64,000 bases of DNA from positions 41,669 through 105,668 of the forward strand of contig JAHPZH010000003.1 in assembly GCA_019058315.1 (NCBI GenBank), in the 5' to 3' direction. Shown here one piece after another: positions 58,106 to 64,000 of the stretch. Position 1 is the first letter of the stretch. Each line of letters opens with the position of its first letter. Source of the DNA: Candidatus Helarchaeota archaeon (lineage in GTDB: Archaea; Asgardarchaeota; Lokiarchaeia; Helarchaeales; RDOG01). The notes beneath the pieces were generated by a model, which saw only the letters and a program-made list of their open reading frames with translations, did no database searches and was not told where the DNA came from. The position numbers and the translations under genes are program-made.

Positions 58106-58651
58106 ATGGCATTAAAGATCTGTTGGGGAATAACAGGTGCAGGTGATTACCTTTTAGAGACTTTTAATGTTATGAAAGAAATTAAGCAAAAATATAATGC
58201 TAAAATTACGGTAATTATTTCAGAACAAGGGGTCTTTGTCTTAAAATGGTACAAGATGTTTGAAGGTATACAAGCAGAATTTAAAGATGTTAGAATTGAA
58301 AAAGGACCAAATATACCCTTTATTATTGGTCCACTTCAAACTGGAACCTATAAATTTCTTTTTATTTCACCCTTATCTGGAAATTCAACTGCTAAAGCAG
58401 CTTACGGAATTGCAGATAGCTTAATTACTAATGCAATTGCTCAAACAATGAAGGGTGGTATTCCTGTCTATGTCTATCCTGTAGATCAAAAAGCAGGAGA
58501 ATTCACAACAATACTTCCAAATGGAAAAAAATTAACTTTAAAATCTAGAAAACTTGATTTAGAATTAGTAGAAAAACTTCGAAAAATGGAAGGAATTTTT
58601 GTTCTATCTCATCCAAAAGAAATTACTAACGTTATTGAGAAATTGATTTAA
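58106..58651 (+). CDS. afpA: Archaeoflavoprotein AfpA
   Basis: WGITGAG, GPLQTG, NSTAKAAYGIADSLITNA, PVD. Confidence 0.85.
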   Translation: MALKICWGITGAGDYLLETFNVMKEIKQKYNAKITVIISEQGVFVLKWYKMFEGIQAEFKDVRIEKGPNIPFIIGPLQTGTYKFLFISPLSGNSTAKAAYGIADSLITNAIAQTMKGGIPVYVYPVDQKAGEFTTILPNGKKLTLKSRKLDLELVEKLRKMEGIFVLSHPKEITNVIEKLI

Positions 58652-58667
58652 TATTATCCTTAGTAAC

Positions 58668-59156
58668 TCAGAGATTAAGTTCGAACATTTGTTCTTTGAC
58701 CGTAACACCCCATTGATTTCCATCTTGTTCTAAACTTAATACAAATCCGTTTTTTTCATATAGATGGCGAGCTATATCTAATCCAGAGAAGGTCCATAAG
58801 TAAATTCGTTTAAATTTATTTTTTTTACAGAATTTAATCGCTTCATCAAGTAATTTATTTCCAATTCCATAGCCTTGATATTTAGGTGAGACAATAAACC
58901 ATCTCAGATGCGCACCTTCATTATCAAACTTGATTCCATCTACGGCAATTGAGCCCACGATTTTATTTTCAACAATAGCTAACCAAAAACCATCTCTAAC
59001 CTTATTAAATCTGTTTAAAAATTCTGAAATTTCAGTTGCTACTTTTGATTCGAAAAATAAACCAAATCCTGAATGTTTATTATAATAGATAGCATGTAAC
59101 TCCGTTACTCGTCCAATAGCACCAGGTCTATAACCAGTAATTTTAACTTCATACAA
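58668..59156 (-). CDS. GNAT family N-acetyltransferase
   Basis: AHLRWFIV..YQGYGIG, LWTF, ARHLYEKNGF. Confidence 0.9.
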   Translation of the reverse strand: MYEVKITGYRPGAIGRVTELHAIYYNKHSGFGLFFESKVATEISEFLNRFNKVRDGFWLAIVENKIVGSIAVDGIKFDNEGAHLRWFIVSPKYQGYGIGNKLLDEAIKFCKKNKFKRIYLWTFSGLDIARHLYEKNGFVLSLEQDGNQWGVTVKEQMFELNL

Positions 59157-59220
59157 TAAATATCACCAATTAGAGAGAATAATTTAAAATTAATGATAAA
59201 AAATAGGGAAATTGGAGGCT

Positions 59221-60513
59221 TTAATCAAATTTTCTTAAGTCAACTATTTCTTCTTTGCCCTTAATTTCTCCAGGTTTGACAAATTCGACATTTGGTTTTA
59301 GAATAATCGCATCTGCTAATTCTTTATTAATCTCATTTAAGGGTAGTGAGCTTGGATCTCCATCAAATTCTACTTTTATTACGAATTCATCACTGATATT
59401 ATCCGGTCGAGTAACAACAACTTGAAACTTCTTTAATCCGTGTTTTTTAAGCACATTTTTTACTTGTTTGGGATGTAAAAACTGACCTTTTACCTTGATT
59501 ATTTGATTTACTCTACCTAACCATCTTTCAAGTTTAGGTGATGTCCTACCGCAACCACATATAGCTTCATCCATTACTCTGGATGCATCACCTGTGCAGA
59601 ATCTGATGAATGGAATAGCACGTCGATATGGAACTGTTACTATAACCTCCCCACGTTCACCAGGAGGAAGTGATTCTTTAGTGTTAGGATCTACAATCTC
59701 CGTAACCATAGTTTCTTCTAAATGCATTCCTTGTGCTAAACCGCATTCTCTTCCAATAATTCCTAAATCTGCAATCCCATAAACTTGTCTAGCCATCATA
59801 TCAAATGTATCTTCAAGATTTTTTCGTAGAGATTCAGGTAATGGTTCTGCTGTGAAACAACCCACATCAATTGATAACTCTTCCTTTGTGTTTACTCCTT
59901 GTTTATTAGCTTTTTTACCTAACTTACCAAGAAAGCTAGGAGTTCCAATAAATCCGGTAACGTTTAATTGTTTCATTAATTCAATTTGGACATCAGTCTT
60001 ACCCGTCCCCATTGGAATGGATATAGCACCTATCAAATTTACACCTTGAGTGAAACCCAGACCTGCTGGAACACCAGCGAAAGAGAAAGTAACATTTACA
60101 ATATCTCCTTTTCGAAAACCATTACAATAAAGGGCTTTGCAAAGCGAATTTCCAACTGATGTCATAGCTTTTATACTAAAACCTTCTAATAATGGACCCG
60201 GAGATCTAAAAACTACATTTAAATCATTGAGTGGGATTGCCAATAAACCTCCAAATGGGGGATTATTTTTTTGAATTTCGACTAATTCTGATTTTTCAGT
60301 AAGGGGAACATTATAGAAATCTTCAAGAGTCTTAATATCAATTGGTTTTATACCAGCTGCATCGAATTTGTCATGATAATATTTTGTGTTGTTGTAAGCA
60401 TATTCACAAAATTCACGAATTAATTTCTCTTGAAATTCTTTTTGTTCTTTTCTAGGCATGGTTTCATGTTTTTCATCATAATATCCTATCATTCTTTCTT
60501 CTCGAGAAACCAT
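59221..60513 (-). CDS. Phenylacetate-CoA ligase (PaaK)-family adenylate-forming enzyme
   Basis: SPGP variant P-loop, GTPSFL, AEP, YGIAD, IRFCTGD, CGCGRT, KVKG. Confidence 0.85.
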   Translation of the reverse strand: MVSREERMIGYYDEKHETMPRKEQKEFQEKLIREFCEYAYNNTKYYHDKFDAAGIKPIDIKTLEDFYNVPLTEKSELVEIQKNNPPFGGLLAIPLNDLNVVFRSPGPLLEGFSIKAMTSVGNSLCKALYCNGFRKGDIVNVTFSFAGVPAGLGFTQGVNLIGAISIPMGTGKTDVQIELMKQLNVTGFIGTPSFLGKLGKKANKQGVNTKEELSIDVGCFTAEPLPESLRKNLEDTFDMMARQVYGIADLGIIGRECGLAQGMHLEETMVTEIVDPNTKESLPPGERGEVIVTVPYRRAIPFIRFCTGDASRVMDEAICGCGRTSPKLERWLGRVNQIIKVKGQFLHPKQVKNVLKKHGLKKFQVVVTRPDNISDEFVIKVEFDGDPSSLPLNEINKELADAIILKPNVEFVKPGEIKGKEEIVDLRKFD

Positions 60514-61527
60514 TTAATCCAACCTCCTTGGATAATTAACCAATCTAGGTGAAGTCCTTCCACATTCACAAACTTCCTCATTTATTGAACCTCTTGCGCC
60601 TAGACGAAATCTAATATAAGGTAAAGTATTACGAAATGGAATCGTCACCACAATCTCTCCTTCTTCTCCAACGTTAACAGGTTCTAGAGAGCTTGTGTCA
60701 AGAATTTCAACTAATAATTCTTCAGATAAATGGAATCCGTTCATTTGAGGGCATTCTCTGCCTACAACACCTACTTCATCATGAACAAATAAACCTCGCA
60801 AAACCATGTCCCATTTATTGATTAATTCTTTTCTAATTTCATCCCCTAATGGTGAGCCAACAACGCAACCAACGTCAATTTTTAGATCTTTCGGATTAAT
60901 TCCTTCTTTTTCACAAGTTTCAGTTAATGTTTGAAAAAACATTATATCACCGATAATCCCGTTTATTCCTAACTGTTTTATTGTCTCTATTTGCGATTTA
61001 TGCCCTGTGGACCCTAGGGGCACGGCGCAACAACCAAATGTCAATATAGCTTGATATAACCCGAATCCTCTAGCACCACCCGCAGCCAAAGCGACAGCTA
61101 TATCGATAATATCAGCTTTCCGCAAACCGGCGGAATACAGAGCTTTAGAAGAGGCATTTCCTGAGCCTGTTGCCTCTTTTAATGATGTCGGAATGAGGAA
61201 AGGTTTGTTATCAATTATTGATACTAAAATGGTACCTATTTTTTCGATTGGAAGCATTAATAAACCACCCCAAGGGGGATTTTCTCGCTGCGCATTTAAG
61301 AACTCCTCCATGGTAATAAGCGGTAATTTTGATATTTTTTCTTTATCACTAATATCTTCAGGGGTTAAATTAGCTTCCTTCATCTTATTTTTATAAAATT
61401 GAGAATTTTGAAAGGCATGATTTAAAATCCATTTAAAATCCTTCCATTGTTTTTCTTTTAAATCTTTCAAAGGCTTTGTGACTTGACTTTTTCTGTAATA
61501 ACCAGTATTTCTATCAGATTTACTCAT
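60514..61527 (-). CDS. Truncated/degenerate PaaK-family paralog
   Basis: Homologous N-domain (NPPWGG, RECP, CECGRTSPRL) but lacks the P-loop, YG, TGD and C-terminal domain. Confidence 0.7.
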   Translation of the reverse strand: MSKSDRNTGYYRKSQVTKPLKDLKEKQWKDFKWILNHAFQNSQFYKNKMKEANLTPEDISDKEKISKLPLITMEEFLNAQRENPPWGGLLMLPIEKIGTILVSIIDNKPFLIPTSLKEATGSGNASSKALYSAGLRKADIIDIAVALAAGGARGFGLYQAILTFGCCAVPLGSTGHKSQIETIKQLGINGIIGDIMFFQTLTETCEKEGINPKDLKIDVGCVVGSPLGDEIRKELINKWDMVLRGLFVHDEVGVVGRECPQMNGFHLSEELLVEILDTSSLEPVNVGEEGEIVVTIPFRNTLPYIRFRLGARGSINEEVCECGRTSPRLVNYPRRLD

Positions 61528-61647
61528 TATCTCTCCGATCCTTTTAATTATTATATATTATCAATTAAAAATTTATTTTGATTATGTTTCAACTTTAATA
61601 TTAAAAATAACTTATTAAAATTCTGTTATATTAATGACTCAATTAAT

Positions 61648-62361
61648 ATGAATTTTGGATCGATAAAATTGGTAAAACATATTGGAATAGTAGCTTGCAG
61701 CGCTGAAGGAGCATCTCTTTGCTATCGAACTATCTGTATAGAATCACAACAAGAGTTGGGTGAATATAGGCATCCTGAAATAACAATGCACACACCATCA
61801 TTTTCAGAATATATGGTAAATATCCGAACTGGCCGTTGGGATAAAGTTGCGCAATTAATGCTTTTATCAAGTCAAAAGGTTGCTCAAGCTGGAGCTGATT
61901 TTGCAATTTGTCCTGATAATACTATTCACCAAGCCTTTGATCTTATGGTTTCTAAATCACCAATTCCTTGGTTACATATTGCAGAAGTTGTTGGAGAGAA
62001 AGCAAGAGAAATGGGATATATGAAGTTGGGAATCTTGGGAACAGTATATATAATGACAGGCCTAATGTACCCAACTTCTCTTAAAAAGTTTGATATTACT
62101 TTTGAGATACCAGAAAAAGAAGATCGAGAGAAAATTAATAATATTATTTTTAAAGAACTTGTAAACGGTATATTTACTGAAAAATCACGACTTTATTTTA
62201 ATGAAATTATTCAAAAGTTTAAAAATTCGGGATGTGATGCGGTAGTTTTGGGTTGCACTGAAATTCCATTAATTGTAGACCCAAATGATTGCCCTTTACC
62301 AACATTGGACTCAACTCGTTTACTTGCAAGAGCCGCTATAAGAAAAGCTCTCGAAATATAA
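61648..62361 (+). CDS. Aspartate/glutamate racemase family
   Basis: CPDNTIH, PWLHI, LGCTEIP, DST. Confidence 0.9.
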   Translation: MNFGSIKLVKHIGIVACSAEGASLCYRTICIESQQELGEYRHPEITMHTPSFSEYMVNIRTGRWDKVAQLMLLSSQKVAQAGADFAICPDNTIHQAFDLMVSKSPIPWLHIAEVVGEKAREMGYMKLGILGTVYIMTGLMYPTSLKKFDITFEIPEKEDREKINNIIFKELVNGIFTEKSRLYFNEIIQKFKNSGCDAVVLGCTEIPLIVDPNDCPLPTLDSTRLLARAAIRKALEI

Positions 62362-62438
62362 CATTAATTGAAAAAAATATAAACCAATAACGCAATTATG
62401 GTAATATAAATTTCCTTCATGGTTTTGGTGTTATTTTA

Positions 62439-62801
62439 TTGGGAAGATTAGATAAAAAATCGGAAAAAAAGAACAAATCCGAAATAAAATCCAAAGAAGA
62501 ATTAAAAAAACATAATGAAGCAGTAATTAACGCCATATTAAAAGATTTATCCGAATCTGAGAAAGCACTTCAAATAAATGAGAAACATCCTGAGGAAAAT
62601 ACTATAACAGATATTGAAATTTTACCTCAACTAAAAATGGAATCCAAGGAAATCTCTGAAGATATAGAATTAACTCAAAATAAAGGCACTATAGAAAATT
62701 TGGAGAAAATTTTTGAAAATGAAACTGGAAAACATGCAATTTGGCGTGGAAAAGAAACTAAAAGCTTTATTCAATGGAAAAAAAAGAGACAGAAGTCATA
62801 A
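62439..62801 (+). CDS. Hypothetical charged protein
   Basis: 120-aa ORF with ggtg RBS; C-terminal FENETGKHAIWRGKETK. Confidence 0.6.
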   Translation: MGRLDKKSEKKNKSEIKSKEELKKHNEAVINAILKDLSESEKALQINEKHPEENTITDIEILPQLKMESKEISEDIELTQNKGTIENLEKIFENETGKHAIWRGKETKSFIQWKKKRQKS

Positions 62802-62888
62802 ATTTGAAAATAAAATTATTATTTTTTAGTTAAAATAAAGTGGAATTTTATTTACTTCTAATAGAAAAAAATATAAAAAGTGGATGAA

Positions 62889-64000
62889 ATGAGTAAAGAA
62901 TTATTTGATATGATAGACAGATTAATCATAAATCTTATGGGTGAAACAAAAATCCCTGGCCTTGCTATTGGAATTGTAAAAGATGGAGAACCATTTTATA
63001 CTAAAGGATTTGGTGCAAGAAACTTGGAAAAAAATCTTCCCTTCACTCCAGATACTCTATTTGGAATTGGTTCTATCTCAAAATCCTTTACAGCTTTATC
63101 CATAAACCAACTTGCTGAGCAAGGAAAAATAGATCTCCATGAACCAGTTAGAAAATATATTAATTTTAAGCTCGGAAAAAGAAAAAATCCAATAACAATC
63201 CATCATTTACTTTCCCATTCCTCTGGGATTCCTGAACTTCATGCAACTATTTTAACATTAATACGCAGTCTGGGCTCTTTAGATTCTATAATTCCTATGA
63301 GCAGTTGGGATGATTTCTTGCTGCATATCAATGGTGCAGAAAAAGAAATTTTCGATGAACCAGGAAAGTGTTATTTTTATAATAATGATGCTTTCGCTTG
63401 TCTTGGTCTGATTATTGAAGAAGTTACAAATATGAAATTTGAGGATTATATTAGAAAAAATATTCTTAACCCTCTAGAAATGAAGAGATCAACATATTTA
63501 AAGATTGATTATGAAAAAGATAATAACGTAATGACGGGATATTTACCTTCTGATGATGATAAGCCCTTAAGAGCAACACCTCCTCCATTCGATAAAATAA
63601 TGTATCCAGCAGGGGGATTATTAAGTTCAGTTCGAGAGATGCAAAATTACATAATTGCTTTATTAAATAAAGGAAAATTTAAAGATAAACAAATAATTCA
63701 AAAATCTTCATTAGATAAAATCTGGACTCCCCATACAAAATTACCAGCAGGAACTAGTTATGGTGAAGGAGATGCCTGGTATTGTTATGGTTGGACTCTA
63801 GAAAAAGATTTTTTTGAACAAACATTAATACATCACGGAGGAAATGCATTAACATCTTCTGGATTTTTAGCAATTCATCCAGTTGAAAAGATGGGTATTA
63901 TTATTGGAGTTAATTGTAGTATTCAAGTGGTTCTTGGAGTTATTGTACGCGGATTACTTGCTCTTCTATTAGGTAAAGATATTAATCAAGCCATACCAAT
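62889..64000 (+). CDS. Serine hydrolase (beta-lactamase/PBP class C-like), 3'-truncated by the window edge
   Basis: MSKELFD...IPGLAIGIVKDG, IGSISK (SxxK), HLLSHSSG, YNN (YxN), HHGG; open to the end of the window; missing from the ORF track. Confidence 0.9.
   Translation, partial: MSKELFDMIDRLIINLMGETKIPGLAIGIVKDGEPFYTKGFGARNLEKNLPFTPDTLFGIGSISKSFTALSINQLAEQGKIDLHEPVRKYINFKLGKRKNPITIHHLLSHSSGIPELHATILTLIRSLGSLDSIIPMSSWDDFLLHINGAEKEIFDEPGKCYFYNNDAFACLGLIIEEVTNMKFEDYIRKNILNPLEMKRSTYLKIDYEKDNNVMTGYLPSDDDKPLRATPPPFDKIMYPAGGLLSSVREMQNYIIALLNKGKFKDKQIIQKSSLDKIWTPHTKLPAGTSYGEGDAWYCYGWTLEKDFFEQTLIHHGGNALTSSGFLAIHPVEKMGIIIGVNCSIQVVLGVIVRGLLALLLGKDINQAIP

Noticed and set aside
5244-59156. Selenocysteine read-through at TGA stops
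   Set aside because: TGA-terminated genes end at family-typical lengths or overlap the next start codon; no catalytic Cys position is replaced by TGA
888-61396. Many 60-155 aa ORFs antisense to or nested in well-supported genes (for example 1225-1569, 3715-4182, 17734-18156, 39701-40042, 52746-53126)
   Set aside because: Shadow frames with no motifs or RBS
1-64000. Mobile elements, tRNA or rRNA
   Set aside because: No transposase, integrase, terminal inverted repeats or tRNA/rRNA signatures recognised by eye

Overview
AT-rich (roughly 30% GC by eye) archaeal genomic window. It is most likely from an Asgard archaeon (Loki-/Helarchaeia-like); this is an inference from longin/roadblock-like proteins, BRE/TATA promoters, GGTGA/GGAGG ribosome-binding sites, TTG starts and many methanogen-type genes. 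No rRNA, tRNA, CRISPR array or transposase was recognised. The dominant signal is a palindromic operator, consensus TAT(A/T)ACAnTGT(T/A)ATA. I found 17 copies in 11 intergenic regions between 10.7 and 55.0 kb, nearly always just downstream of a BRE/TATA-like element. The genes behind these sites form a coherent sulfur-mobilisation/trafficking and Fe-S set: DUF166; tusA-dsrE-iscS-iscU; an Fe-S protein-AIRS-thiN-cysE-cysK operon; an ATP-dependent activator + three HgdD-type subunits + hdrCB; larE; a ThiI-like PP-loop ATPase; a signal-less solute-binding-fold protein; thrC-like-moaD/SAMP-DUF169-moeB-tusA-dsrH/E/F-tusA-radical SAM; a longin-like protein; a geranylgeranyl-reductase-family flavoprotein; and an unannotated 39-aa ORF. 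One site precedes a Cys-rich HTH regulator (24613-25032), the best candidate repressor. Other notable items are an IscU fused to a degenerate thioredoxin-reductase domain, a CysE with an N-terminal Cys4 finger and an E. coli-like C-terminal docking tail, a ~360-nt structured putative ncRNA upstream of fprA, tandem 8-repeat Cys-rich surface proteins, and a desulforedoxin missed by the ORF track.
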